Shown here: one piece after another, positions 1 to 9,958 of the stretch
Layout: the number at the start of each line of letters is the position of its first letter
Numbering within the stretch: position 1 is the first letter of the stretch
Origin: an uncultured Planctomycetia bacterium
GTDB lineage: Bacteria; Omnitrophota; Gorgyraeia; CAYWPX01
Assembly (NCBI GenBank): GCA_964460615.1
Contig: CAYWPX010000001.1
Span: 120,073 to 184,072 of the forward strand
Direction: 5' to 3'
DNA length: 64,000 nt
Program-made: the position numbers and the translations under genes
Notes under the pieces: generated by a model
What the model was told of the DNA's origin: nothing
The model's input: the letters and a program-made list of their open reading frames with translations, nothing else
The model's database searches: none

Positions 1-566
1 TTGGTTTTTGCATGGTTTTTAAAAGAAATCTGACAAAGTTGATCGGGCTTTTTGACGAAGTTTACGGGATGGGTAATTTTGAGGACACCGATTATTCTAG
101 ACGGGTCCAGTCGTACGGTTTTAAGTGCGCCATGGCCAAAGGGTCATACGTATGGCACAAACAGAATACATCGTTCAATCTCATAAAAAGTTTCAACAGT
201 TCTTTTAACAAGAACAAAAAGATATTTGAGAGCCGTTGGGGTAAGATAGAGAGGATCTTATTTATTTATTCTAGCCCAAATAGTGCTGTTCAAAAAGAAA
301 TGCAGAACCTGGCGGAAGATTATTTGAGTAAAGGCCACTGGGTGACAATATTTAAGTCCAAGAGCATCATTTTAAGCACCTTCAAAGATCATTCAGGCCT
401 CAAGATCAAGAATTTTTCACCGGGGGGAATTTTTGTCAGATCAGCTTTAACCGTACTTTTTAAGAAAAAGAAATTTACCAGTATATATGTAGACAGCGTT
501 CCAAAATTTAAGTTGCTGAGTATTCTTAAACCGATTCACAAAGGAAATGTTGAACGGTTAACCTAA
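1..566 (+). CDS. glycosyltransferase family 2-like protein, 3' portion (5' end upstream of window)
   Basis: Reading frame is open to the window edge with no start seen; DEVYGMGNFEDTDYSRR resembles the acidic EDxD...R region of GT2 enzymes; long C-terminal tail of unknown function. Confidence 0.45.
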   Translation, partial: GFCMVFKRNLTKLIGLFDEVYGMGNFEDTDYSRRVQSYGFKCAMAKGSYVWHKQNTSFNLIKSFNSSFNKNKKIFESRWGKIERILFIYSSPNSAVQKEMQNLAEDYLSKGHWVTIFKSKSIILSTFKDHSGLKIKNFSPGGIFVRSALTVLFKKKKFTSIYVDSVPKFKLLSILKPIHKGNVERLT

Positions 567-577
567 AAAGGATTATC

Positions 578-1342
578 ATGGAAAAGATCTCATTAAGTGT
601 TGTAGTGCTTACCAGAAACGAGGAGGACAATATAGCAAGATGCCTCAAAAGCGCGTCTTTTGCCGATGAGGTGATAGTGGTGGATGACGGTAGCACAGAC
701 AAGACTATCGAAATTGCCTCCAAGCTTGCCACAAAAATAGTAGAGAGAAAAATGGATGTCGAAGGTACTCACAGAAATTATGCTTATTCATTAGCCAAGA
801 ATAAATGGGTGCTCAGCCTTGACGCTGATGAAGAGATCAGTGTTGATCTAAAAAATGAAATAATCGAGACTCTTTCCAAGGAAACACCGCATGTTGTTTT
901 TTCCATGCCTATTAAAACTTATATTGGAAAGAGATGGATACAGCATGGCGGGTGGTATCCGGCAGGCAAAGACAGGCTTTTTCTTAAGGGCGAATTTAAG
1001 TACGAAGATGTAGGAGTGCACCCAAGGCCGATTTATAAAGGTACCTGCGGGCATCTTACAAAAGATATAGTCCATTATTCTTACAATGATTTTCATGATT
1101 TTTTTGTAAGCCTTAATAATCAGACTACCCAGGAAGCAAAAAAATGGATCCAGGACAAGCGAAAGATCAACGGCCCTAAAATATTTTATAAAATGTTTGA
1201 AAGGTTTTTTAAGTCATTTTTTCTTAAGAAAGGCTACAAGGATGGGTTATTGGGATTTATGGTCTCGTATTCAGGCAGCCTTTATCAATTATATACCTAT
1301 GCAAAGTACTGGGAAATGAAGAGTAATATGGAGAACAAATAA
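578..1342 (+). CDS. glycosyltransferase family 2
   Basis: N-terminal LSVVVLTRNEEDNIARCL...VIVVDDGSTDKT is the classic GT2 signature; stop overlaps next start (TAATG). Confidence 0.85.
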   Translation: MEKISLSVVVLTRNEEDNIARCLKSASFADEVIVVDDGSTDKTIEIASKLATKIVERKMDVEGTHRNYAYSLAKNKWVLSLDADEEISVDLKNEIIETLSKETPHVVFSMPIKTYIGKRWIQHGGWYPAGKDRLFLKGEFKYEDVGVHPRPIYKGTCGHLTKDIVHYSYNDFHDFFVSLNNQTTQEAKKWIQDKRKINGPKIFYKMFERFFKSFFLKKGYKDGLLGFMVSYSGSLYQLYTYAKYWEMKSNMENK

Positions 1343-3051
1343 TGAAAATTCTCGGAATAGGCGCACCGTTCTTTTTGCATGATCCGGCAAGTGCCTTAAT
1401 AATAGATGGTGAGGTTGTTGCGGCTGTAGAAGAAGAGAGATTTAACCGCAAAAAACATGCTATTGGGTGTTTATCTGTTGAGTCAACCAAGTTTTGTCTG
1501 AAAAAAGCTGGTATTAAACCAAGTGATGTTGAAGTTGTTGCATTCCCTTGGTCAGCCAAAGCATACTTTATGGGGATGTGGCCGCACTTTTTTGACACAT
1601 TGAAAGATGAGCCGTCAAGAGCGTTTAAGGGAATAAAAAACTTTACTAAAAAGAAGAAGGAGATTTCAACAAAACTTAAAATGACCCTTAAGGGCGCCGG
1701 TATTGATCCTGATAAAGTTGAAATCAGGTATGTTGAACACCACTTGGCGCATGCTTCAAGCGCTTATCATCTTTCGGGATTCAAGGATTCGGCTATTATG
1801 ACCATGGATGGATCCGGTGAATTTGCTACGACTGTATTTTGGGAGGGAGTGAACGGAAAAATAAGAAAAATAAAAGAGTTCTATCTTCCCAATTCCTTGG
1901 GGAGGTTTTATTCGACAGTTACTGCATATCTGGGTTTTCAGGCAAATGACGGGGAATATAAGTTGATGGGCATGGCGCCGTACGGTGATCCATCAAAAGT
2001 AGATATATCCAAAGTTATTTCGTATGATAAGGCAGGCTACAAAACCAATCCTGATTATGTCTGGGTAACCAGATCCAGGAGATATGATGTAAATAATATT
2101 TTTTCCAAACACATGGTCAAGATGTGGGGCCCGCCAAGGACCGGTGATGGGCTTACGGAGCCGTATATCCATATTGCTGCAGCTACTCAGAAAACTCTTG
2201 AGGATGTAACACTAGGCCTTATTGATACATATCTTGGCGATATTCTTAAGAAGAATGGCGGGAATCTCTCTTTTGCAGGAGGTTGCGCTTTAAATGTAAG
2301 TCTGAACAGAAAACTCCTTGGCCATCCGCTTATAAAACATCTATACGTTCAGCCTGCTTCAAGCGATGCCGGCACTCCTCTAGGGGCGGCTACATATGTA
2401 GCAAGCGAACTCGGAGAAAAGCTTAAGCCAATGACTCATGTATACCTTGGCCCCAGCTACACAAATGATGAGATAAAAAAAGAGCTTGATAAGATAAAAG
2501 TAAAATATACCTATCACGAAGATATAGAAGAGGTAACCGCCCAGCTGCTTAGCCAGGGCCAGATAGTAGCATGGTTCCAGGGGGAGATGGAGTATGGCCC
2601 AAGAGCCCTTGGCAATCGTTCTATACTGGGGAATCCTACAACCAAAGGCGTAAGTGACAGGATCAATGAGATAATAAAGTTCCGTGAGAACTGGAGGCCT
2701 TTCTGTCCGTCAATGCTTCCTGAATACGCAAAAGAGATCCTTGATTCGGATCATCCGGCACTTCACATGACTTTAAGCTTTAAGATAAGCGATAAATGGA
2801 AATCAAAGATACCCGAAGCGGTGCATGTAGACGGCACAATAAGACCGCAGGTGGTAGACCCTAAAACAAATCCCAAATACTACAAGCTTTTAAGCATCTT
2901 CAATAAAAAAACAGGAATACCTGTATTAATAAATACATCTTTGAATAGACGCGGCGAGCCAATGGTATGCTCCCCCAAGGATGCGATCAATATGTTCTAT
3001 GGAAGCGGTTTAGAGAACCTGGTAATGGGTAATTATTTATTGAGGAAGTAG
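1342..3051 (+). CDS. carbamoyltransferase, NodU/CmcH family (paralog 1)
   Basis: 569 aa; MKILGIGAPFFLHDPASALIIDGEVVAAVEEERFNR N-terminus and HHLAHASSAYHLSGF motif typical of NodU/CmcH O-carbamoyltransferases; SD GGAGAA upstream. Confidence 0.85.
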   Translation: MKILGIGAPFFLHDPASALIIDGEVVAAVEEERFNRKKHAIGCLSVESTKFCLKKAGIKPSDVEVVAFPWSAKAYFMGMWPHFFDTLKDEPSRAFKGIKNFTKKKKEISTKLKMTLKGAGIDPDKVEIRYVEHHLAHASSAYHLSGFKDSAIMTMDGSGEFATTVFWEGVNGKIRKIKEFYLPNSLGRFYSTVTAYLGFQANDGEYKLMGMAPYGDPSKVDISKVISYDKAGYKTNPDYVWVTRSRRYDVNNIFSKHMVKMWGPPRTGDGLTEPYIHIAAATQKTLEDVTLGLIDTYLGDILKKNGGNLSFAGGCALNVSLNRKLLGHPLIKHLYVQPASSDAGTPLGAATYVASELGEKLKPMTHVYLGPSYTNDEIKKELDKIKVKYTYHEDIEEVTAQLLSQGQIVAWFQGEMEYGPRALGNRSILGNPTTKGVSDRINEIIKFRENWRPFCPSMLPEYAKEILDSDHPALHMTLSFKISDKWKSKIPEAVHVDGTIRPQVVDPKTNPKYYKLLSIFNKKTGIPVLINTSLNRRGEPMVCSPKDAINMFYGSGLENLVMGNYLLRK

Positions 3052-3094
3052 AATCTGTTAACGCGTCCCTCGTGTAAACGTTAAAAAATTCCTC

Positions 3095-3123
3095 GCCTGC
3101 CTATAGCAGGCAAGAAATTTTTA
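3095..3123 (+). terminator. possible intrinsic terminator between the carbamoyltransferase paralogs
   Basis: Hairpin GCCTGC-ctata-GCAGGC followed by aagaaattttt. Confidence 0.4.
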
Positions 3124-3202
3124 GCACACACTTCGGGATAATTCGCACCTATAACTTAGTTTCCCATCGGGTCACCTAAGTTATGTGCTCATTAAGGAAA
3201 TA

Positions 3203-4909
3203 ATGATTATATTAGGAGTTGGAACACCTTTTTCGCATGACCCAGGAGCAGCGCTTTTGATCGATGGTGAGTTGATAGCCGCGGCTGATGAAGAGCGTTT
3301 TTCCAGGAATAAACACGCCATAAACGAATTCCCTGTTAAATCCATAAAATTTTGTCTCGCCAAAGCCGGCATCAAAGCAAGCGATGTTGAGATAGTGGCA
3401 TATCCCTGGAGCTATGCTGCCTACGAAGGAAAGATGTGGGATTTTTTTAAAAGAACCTGGTTAAGCAGGCCGAGCGATGCTTTTAAGTCTATTATAAAGG
3501 CTAAATCAAGGCATAAAGATAAGATTAAAAGACTGAATAATATCCTTTCCAGTTCAGGTATAAATCCCGATAAAGTAAAAAAATATTTTGTAGAACACCA
3601 CTTGGCGCATGCTTCAAGCGCTTACCATCTTTCGGGATTCAAGGATTCGGCTATTATGACCATGGATGCTGCCGGCGAATTTACATCAACGATGTTTGCC
3701 GAGGGTAAAGAAGGAAAGATAGCTAAAATTAAAGAATTTATATATCCGGACTCATTGGGGATGTTTTATTCGGTAGTTACAGAATATCTCGGTTTTGAGA
3801 TCAATGACGGGGAATATAAAGTAATGGGTATGGCGCCTTACGGCAATCCTGAAAAAGTGGATTTCAGTGATGTTATTAAATTTGATAAATCTGCTTACCA
3901 TGTGAATGATTTATTCACCTATTCAAGAAAAAGACATCGATATGAATCCGGCAAAATGTTCTCCAAACACATGGTCAAGATGTGGGGCCCGCCAAGGACC
4001 GGTGATGGGCTTACGGAGCCGTATATCCATATTGCTGCAGCTACTCAGAAAACTCTTGAGGATGTAACACTAGGCCTTATTGATACATATCTTGGCGATA
4101 TTCTTAAGAAGAATGGCGGGAATCTCTCTTTTGCAGGAGGTTGCGCTTTAAATGTAAGTCTGAACAGAAAACTCCTTGGCCATCCGCTTATAAAACATCT
4201 ATACGTTCAGCCTGCTTCAAGCGATGCCGGCACTCCTCTAGGGGCGGCTACATATGTAGCAAGCGAACTCGGAGAAAAGCTTAAGCCAATGACTCATGTA
4301 TACCTTGGCCCCAGCTACACAAATGATGAGATAAAAAAAGAGCTTGATAAGATAAAAGTAAAATATACCTATCACGAAGATATAGAAGAGGTAACCGCCC
4401 AGCTGCTTAGCCAGGGCCAGATAGTAGCATGGTTCCAGGGGGAGATGGAGTATGGCCCAAGAGCCCTTGGCAATCGTTCTATACTGGGGAATCCTACAAC
4501 CAAAGGCGTAAGTGACAGGATCAATGAGATAATAAAGTTCCGTGAGAACTGGAGGCCTTTCTGTCCGTCAATGCTTCCTGAATACGCAAAAGAGATCCTT
4601 GATTCGGATCATCCGGCACTTCACATGACTTTAAGCTTTAAGATAAGCGATAAATGGAAATCAAAGATACCCGAAGCGGTGCATGTAGACGGCACAATAA
4701 GACCGCAGGTGGTAGACCCTAAAACAAATCCCAAATACTACAAGCTTTTAAGCATCTTCAATAAAAAAACAGGAATACCTGTATTAATAAATACATCTTT
4801 GAATAGACGCGGCGAGCCAATGGTATGCTCCCCCAAGGATGCGATCAATATGTTCTATGGAAGCGGTTTAGAGAACCTGGTAATGGGTAATTATTTATTG
4901 AGGAAATAG
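3203..4909 (+). CDS. carbamoyltransferase, NodU/CmcH family (paralog 2)
   Basis: N-terminus MIILGVGTPFSHDPGAALLIDGE aligns with paralog 1; last ~315 aa identical to paralog 1. ORF track starts at GTG 3185; ATG 3203 chosen by alignment with paralog 1. Confidence 0.85.
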   Translation: MIILGVGTPFSHDPGAALLIDGELIAAADEERFSRNKHAINEFPVKSIKFCLAKAGIKASDVEIVAYPWSYAAYEGKMWDFFKRTWLSRPSDAFKSIIKAKSRHKDKIKRLNNILSSSGINPDKVKKYFVEHHLAHASSAYHLSGFKDSAIMTMDAAGEFTSTMFAEGKEGKIAKIKEFIYPDSLGMFYSVVTEYLGFEINDGEYKVMGMAPYGNPEKVDFSDVIKFDKSAYHVNDLFTYSRKRHRYESGKMFSKHMVKMWGPPRTGDGLTEPYIHIAAATQKTLEDVTLGLIDTYLGDILKKNGGNLSFAGGCALNVSLNRKLLGHPLIKHLYVQPASSDAGTPLGAATYVASELGEKLKPMTHVYLGPSYTNDEIKKELDKIKVKYTYHEDIEEVTAQLLSQGQIVAWFQGEMEYGPRALGNRSILGNPTTKGVSDRINEIIKFRENWRPFCPSMLPEYAKEILDSDHPALHMTLSFKISDKWKSKIPEAVHVDGTIRPQVVDPKTNPKYYKLLSIFNKKTGIPVLINTSLNRRGEPMVCSPKDAINMFYGSGLENLVMGNYLLRK

Positions 4910-4934
4910 TTTTAGCATAAATATAAGGATCTAG

Positions 4935-5696
4935 ATGAATACTTGTCCGGTATGCAACAATTCGGTTTGGAAAATTATTTATAAGATTGATAAATGGGAT
5001 ATCAAGGTTTGCCCAACTTGCAAATTTTCTGTGATAGACCCTTTACCATCTGATGAAACAAGAAAAGATGATTATTCCAAAGACAAGGTCCTTGAAAGAA
5101 ATTTTAAAAAGAAAAACGTCTTCCAAAAGTTTTCTAGATTACTTAAGGGCACATTTGCTAGATTTACTAAGCGCAATAAAAGTAAAATATTTTTTGATAA
5201 TCTGGCCAAATCCCTTCCGGAGGGTTCCAAGGTGCTAGATATTGGATGCGGGGATGGAAGCTTTTTAAAGCTGGCTAGTTCAAGATTTATTTGTAGCGGC
5301 ATTGAAATATCCGAATACCTGGCTAATATTGCGAAGACTAATAAAGAGCTTAGGGTGATTACCGGAAATTTTCTTGAATTAGGGTTGGGTGAGGAAAAAT
5401 TTGACGGGATAACATTAATCTCATTGCTTGAACATATTTCCGATCCATCCGGGGCAATAACTAAATGTTTTGATTTATTGAATAATAACGGGATCCTGCT
5501 TTTAAAGACAGTCAACTTTAATTCATTAAACAGGATTATGAGGGGAAGGTCGTGGGTTGGATTTCGTCCGCCGGATCATGTGGTTTATTTTACTCCGGAA
5601 AACATCTCAATGCTATTAAAGAAAATCGGGTTTAAAAGTATCAAAGTGTCTTCATGGCCTTTAAATGACAGCATGTATATTAAAGCCATTAAGTAA
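4935..5696 (+). CDS. class I SAM-dependent methyltransferase with N-terminal CxxC...CxxC zinc-ribbon-like motif
   Basis: VLDIGCGDGSFL (motif I) plus LLLK motif; CPVCNN...CPTCKF at N-terminus. Confidence 0.75.
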   Translation: MNTCPVCNNSVWKIIYKIDKWDIKVCPTCKFSVIDPLPSDETRKDDYSKDKVLERNFKKKNVFQKFSRLLKGTFARFTKRNKSKIFFDNLAKSLPEGSKVLDIGCGDGSFLKLASSRFICSGIEISEYLANIAKTNKELRVITGNFLELGLGEEKFDGITLISLLEHISDPSGAITKCFDLLNNNGILLLKTVNFNSLNRIMRGRSWVGFRPPDHVVYFTPENISMLLKKIGFKSIKVSSWPLNDSMYIKAIK

Positions 5697-5740
5697 TGCC
5701 TATATCAATGCGCCTATAACCAAACATATTAAGGAAAATC

Positions 5741-6436
5741 ATGGAAAAAAATATTCTATCAGTTGTTATGCCGGTGTATAATGAGAAAGATACTATTCTC
5801 AAAATCGTAGACAGGGTCCTTAAGCTGGATTGCCTTAAAGAGCTTATTGTTGTTGATGACAAATCTACTGACGGGACCAGGGAGATCTTGCAGAATGCTA
5901 GATTTGATAACCGTGTTAAATTGTTACTTCATGATAAAAACACTGGTAAGGGCGGGGCATTAAGGACCGGCTTTAAAGCGGTTACAGGCTTGGTTGTAGC
6001 TATTCAGGATGCTGATCTTGAATATGATCCTAAAGAGCTGATGCTTTTGACGAGACCCATTGAAGAGGGAGTGGCAGATGTGGTTTATGGTTCAAGGTTA
6101 TCAGGGGGAATGCCTCAGAGGGTGCATCTGTTCTGGCATAAGATAGGTAACATGCTCATAACTTTCATCATGGACTTTTTGTTTAATACCACACTGACTG
6201 ATGTAGAGACATGTTATAAGGTTTTTAAGTCAGAGTATCTTAAAAATATGACAATTAAGGAGAATAGATTCGGTATCGACCCTGAGATTACAGCCAAGCT
6301 TCTTAAACAGAACCCAAGGATATATGAAGTTCCGATCTCATATTACGGAAGAAGTTTCAGTGAAGGCAAAAAGATAACCTGGCTTAACGGCTTTGAGGTT
6401 ATCTGGGCGATAATAAAGTATAGATTTATAAACTAG
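5741..6436 (+). CDS. GT2 polyprenol-phosphate sugar synthase (dolichol-phosphate mannosyltransferase-like)
   Basis: LSVVMPVYNEKDTILKIVDRV...LIVVDDKSTDGTREIL; 231 aa size and motif arrangement match DPM1/ArnC-like enzymes. Confidence 0.8.
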   Translation: MEKNILSVVMPVYNEKDTILKIVDRVLKLDCLKELIVVDDKSTDGTREILQNARFDNRVKLLLHDKNTGKGGALRTGFKAVTGLVVAIQDADLEYDPKELMLLTRPIEEGVADVVYGSRLSGGMPQRVHLFWHKIGNMLITFIMDFLFNTTLTDVETCYKVFKSEYLKNMTIKENRFGIDPEITAKLLKQNPRIYEVPISYYGRSFSEGKKITWLNGFEVIWAIIKYRFIN

Positions 6437-6448
6437 GCAGAATTACTG

Positions 6449-6862
6449 ATGAAAATAGACTTGCAGAAAATCATTAATTATAAGTTAATTCTTTTGGTTT
6501 GGATTATTATCTGGCTGCTATTTTTTGTCAGAGGATTTGTAAAAGCGGACTATAAGATTTTTAAGGCCACCATAGGTAAAAGTACCGAAGAGAAGAAAGC
6601 GTTTTCTATGACGCCGGGCCTCTATAAATTTATAGAATTCTGCGATAAAAATACGCCAAAAGATTCCAGTTTTAAATTTGAGTACAATAAGCAGCTTCTC
6701 GATCCGGTTGAAGAAGTAAGGATGATGTATTATCTTTATCCGAGAATTATTAAGGATGAACCGAGGTATATTTTTGTATTCGGGGTGCCCGGGTATAGGA
6801 TCGAAAGCTACAGGCTGGTAAATAGGCTGGATGAAAACTCGTTTATTTTAGAAAAAGAGTAG
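6449..6862 (+). CDS. hypothetical membrane-anchored protein
   Basis: 137-aa ORF with one N-terminal hydrophobic helix (LILLVWIIIWLLFFV); tightly packed between two glycosylation genes. Confidence 0.4.
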   Translation: MKIDLQKIINYKLILLVWIIIWLLFFVRGFVKADYKIFKATIGKSTEEKKAFSMTPGLYKFIEFCDKNTPKDSSFKFEYNKQLLDPVEEVRMMYYLYPRIIKDEPRYIFVFGVPGYRIESYRLVNRLDENSFILEKE

Positions 6863-6884
6863 TTCTCCAAAGGAATAAGGAATA

Positions 6885-8267
6885 ATGGATAATTTATTTT
6901 CAATAATAAGATTGATCATAGGCCTAGGCCTGACAGTATTTATTGGTTACGTCTTATTAAGCGCGATCTTCAGGAAAAACCGTGAGGGCCTTAATTATTC
7001 GGAACGAATTTTTGTTTCATTCGGCCTTGGGATAATACTGCTTACTATGGAGCAGTTTTTTTATTCAATATTAAAGATCGAGTGGTCTATTTTTAACATT
7101 ATTGTTCCATGGGTAGCCTTATTTATTGCGAATTTATTTCTCACAAGAAATGAAGTTAAGGTTTTGAAAGCTGTTCCTAAGGAAAAAATAAGATTAAGCC
7201 TTTTAGAGAAGTTTTTGATATCCATTATTGTTATGGAGGTTATTTATGTGTTCTTCAAGGCATTCAGTTTCCCGCTCAGCGACTATGATGGATTGGCAAT
7301 ATACGGGATCAAAGCAAAATCTTTCTATTTAAATGGGACGGTTTTTACCGATATGTTCACCGAGAAGATTTTCATACCGGCCCATCCGGATTATCCTCTA
7401 CTTTTACCTTTAGCTGAAAGCTGGGTCTACATATTTCTCGGGAGTCTGAATGATTATCTGGTAAAGATATTGTTCCCGGTCTATTATGTAGGGCTTCTGG
7501 TCATATTTTTCAGTGTAATGTTAAATTTTTTCAAGAGGCGCGAGGCTATCCTTTTTACTTTTTTTGTTGCAACAGTTTCCCAGCTTAGGAATTTTGGTTA
7601 TTTCTGTTATGCGGAAATGCCTCTGATATTTTATTATACAGCCAGTTTTCTTTACCTATTCATGTGGATCAAGAAGGAAAAGTTATCTTTTCTTATACTC
7701 TCAGCCTTAATGGCATTTGGCGCTCTTTGGTCAAAGAACGAAGGAAGTTTGTTATTTCTGGTAAATCTGGCCGTTCTTTTGATAGCAATATTTGATAAAA
7801 AACTGAATTTAAAAAAAGCTTTGGTCTGTTTTTTCGCTTATTTAGTCACAGTAGTGGTACTATTTACGCCTTGGGTCATCGTAAAGACTTGTTTTAACCT
7901 CACTAATGATGTTATTAATAAAGATACCTTGAAAGTTTCTTTGATAGCCAGTAATCTTGATAGGATAGGGCCGATTTTGTATGAATACCAGAAACATATC
8001 TTCGGCCCGAAAAAATGGAATATTGTCTGGATACTGATTATCATGACATTTATACTTAAATTCAAAAATCTTCTTAAGCCGGATCAAAAATATTTTACGA
8101 TCGCACTTATTTTATGTTTTTTAGGTTATACAATGACCTATTTTATTACTCCGCAAAATCTGACATGGCATTTGTCAACCAGCGCCAGCAGGATCATCCT
8201 TCATTTTTTGCCGATAGGACTTTTCTGGGTAGCATTATGTACGAGAAAGGAATTAGATGATTTCTAG
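6885..8267 (+). CDS. polytopic membrane protein, possible GT-C-type glycosyltransferase
   Basis: 460 aa with about 10-12 hydrophobic segments; adjacent to a polyprenol-P sugar synthase as in ArnC/ArnT-like pairs. Family not confirmed. Confidence 0.55.
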   Translation: MDNLFSIIRLIIGLGLTVFIGYVLLSAIFRKNREGLNYSERIFVSFGLGIILLTMEQFFYSILKIEWSIFNIIVPWVALFIANLFLTRNEVKVLKAVPKEKIRLSLLEKFLISIIVMEVIYVFFKAFSFPLSDYDGLAIYGIKAKSFYLNGTVFTDMFTEKIFIPAHPDYPLLLPLAESWVYIFLGSLNDYLVKILFPVYYVGLLVIFFSVMLNFFKRREAILFTFFVATVSQLRNFGYFCYAEMPLIFYYTASFLYLFMWIKKEKLSFLILSALMAFGALWSKNEGSLLFLVNLAVLLIAIFDKKLNLKKALVCFFAYLVTVVVLFTPWVIVKTCFNLTNDVINKDTLKVSLIASNLDRIGPILYEYQKHIFGPKKWNIVWILIIMTFILKFKNLLKPDQKYFTIALILCFLGYTMTYFITPQNLTWHLSTSASRIILHFLPIGLFWVALCTRKELDDF

Positions 8268-8835
8268 AGATAAAGTCGTTTTTATAGACAGGGACGGTGT
8301 TATTAATAAAGATCCGGAGGGCTGGGCGAAGAACGGATACGTAACCAATCCCGGAGATTTTATTTTTTTACCTGATGTAATGGATTCTTTGAAAAAGCTG
8401 ACAGAGAATGGGTACAAGATAATATTTATTTCCAATCAGGCCGGCGTCGGTAAAGGTTTATTTACCGAAGAAGAGCTTGATAAGGTAAATGATTATATGC
8501 TTAAAGAGATAGAGATGAATGGCGGCAGGATCTTCGGGACTTTTTATTGTACGCACAAAAAAGAGGATAATTGCGAATGCAGAAAACCCAAATCCGGGCT
8601 TATCCGGATGGCCATGTCTAATATAAATACCGATATTGAGAAAACATATTTTATCGGTGATACCGAAAGGGATGTCGTAGCGGCTAAAAACTTCGGTTTA
8701 AGGGCGATCATAGTTTTGTCGGGAAAGACTAAAATCGATGATATTAAAGACTGGGCTAACAAGCCAGATGAGATCATGAAAGATCTGAAGGAAGCAGTTG
8801 ACTTTATTGTCCACAAAGGAGTTTCTAATGAATAA
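8257..8835 (+). CDS. gmhB: HAD-family phosphatase, GmhB-like (D,D-heptose 1,7-bisphosphate phosphatase / histidinol-phosphatase family)
   Basis: VVFIDRDGVIN motif I, CTHKKEDNCECRKPKSGL zinc-binding loop, FIGDTERD motif. Confidence 0.7.
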   Translation: MISRDKVVFIDRDGVINKDPEGWAKNGYVTNPGDFIFLPDVMDSLKKLTENGYKIIFISNQAGVGKGLFTEEELDKVNDYMLKEIEMNGGRIFGTFYCTHKKEDNCECRKPKSGLIRMAMSNINTDIEKTYFIGDTERDVVAAKNFGLRAIIVLSGKTKIDDIKDWANKPDEIMKDLKEAVDFIVHKGVSNE

Positions 8836-9958
8836 GAAAATCTTTGTAATCCACGCTTCAGCCGGAGGCGGCCACAGGAAAGCTGCAACAAGTCTAATCA
8901 AGGCTTTTGAGGAGCTTGGCTTTAGGCATGATATCACTCTTATTGATTCGCTTGATTATACTAATAATTCTTTTAAGAAGTCCTATCAAAAAACATATCT
9001 ATTAGCCATACAGAAACTTCAGAATCTCTGGGGGTTTTTCTACTATCTCTTGGATAATGCGGTCTTTTACAAGTTTTTTGTATCATTTGCCAGGCGCATC
9101 GTTAATCAGCTGAATACCAAGCCTTTAAGGGACCTTATAATAAAAGAAAAGCCGGATCTGATCCTGTGTACGCATTTTCTTGCGCCAGAAGTTATTGGTA
9201 ATATGAAAAATAAGGGCCTGATAGACACGAAGCTTGTGACCGTGATCACGGATTTTAAGCCTCACACATTCTGGGTTCATAGCGGGATAGATTATTACAT
9301 AGTGGCCGATCAGTATACTAAAGACGAGCTGGTTAAAAGGGGCGTTTCCGGTGATAAGATCCTCGTATATGGCATACCTATCGAAAAGGCTTTTTCTATC
9401 GACTATGACAAAAATGAGCTTAGGCAAAAATTCGGGATGAAGGATATCTTTACTGTCCTTATCGGAAGCGGCGGTTGGGGCGTGGGGCCCATAGAAAAAC
9501 TGGTAGATATTTTAGGCCAAATGGACGAGGAATTACAGGTGATGGTTGTTTGCGGTGAGAATGATATTCTTTGTAATAACATATCAAGATACGCTTCAGA
9601 TTTTAAAAACTTCGTAAAGGTTTTCGGTTATGTCAATAACATGTATGAGCTTATGTCTATTGCTGATGTCATAGTGACTAAATCAGGCGGACTTACTACA
9701 TCTGAATCATTGGCCAAGGACCTTCCGATGATTATTATAGCCCCTATCCCTGGCCAGGAGACAAGGAATTGCGATTTTATATTAAATTCCAAAGCAGGTT
9801 TTAAGATCAATAATCCTGAAGACGTAAGAGATAGGATCAAAGAACTAATAAATTCCAAGGAGCTTTTGAATAAATTAAAAGATAATATTTCGAAGATAAG
9901 AAAACCCAATTCCAGCCTTGATATTGCAAGGTTCTGTTTAAAGTTAATAGGTAACTAA
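8828..9958 (+). CDS. MGDG-synthase-like glycosyltransferase (GT28-like, diacylglycerol glycosyltransferase family)
   Basis: MNKKIFVIHASAGGGHRKAATSL N-terminus typical of the MGDG synthase family; start set at second ATG 8828 with AAGGAG SD (track start 8798). Confidence 0.7.
   Translation: MNKKIFVIHASAGGGHRKAATSLIKAFEELGFRHDITLIDSLDYTNNSFKKSYQKTYLLAIQKLQNLWGFFYYLLDNAVFYKFFVSFARRIVNQLNTKPLRDLIIKEKPDLILCTHFLAPEVIGNMKNKGLIDTKLVTVITDFKPHTFWVHSGIDYYIVADQYTKDELVKRGVSGDKILVYGIPIEKAFSIDYDKNELRQKFGMKDIFTVLIGSGGWGVGPIEKLVDILGQMDEELQVMVVCGENDILCNNISRYASDFKNFVKVFGYVNNMYELMSIADVIVTKSGGLTTSESLAKDLPMIIIAPIPGQETRNCDFILNSKAGFKINNPEDVRDRIKELINSKELLNKLKDNISKIRKPNSSLDIARFCLKLIGN

Noticed and set aside
3052-3184. 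Small RNA or tRNA between the carbamoyltransferase paralogs
   Set aside because: Only a terminator-like hairpin and a 9-bp inverted repeat (ATAACTTAG...CTAAGTTAT) are present; no RNA-gene hallmarks.
5053-5515. 61-aa plus-strand and 147-aa minus-strand ORFs inside the methyltransferase gene
   Set aside because: Nested in alternative frames of a gene with clear SAM-binding motifs.
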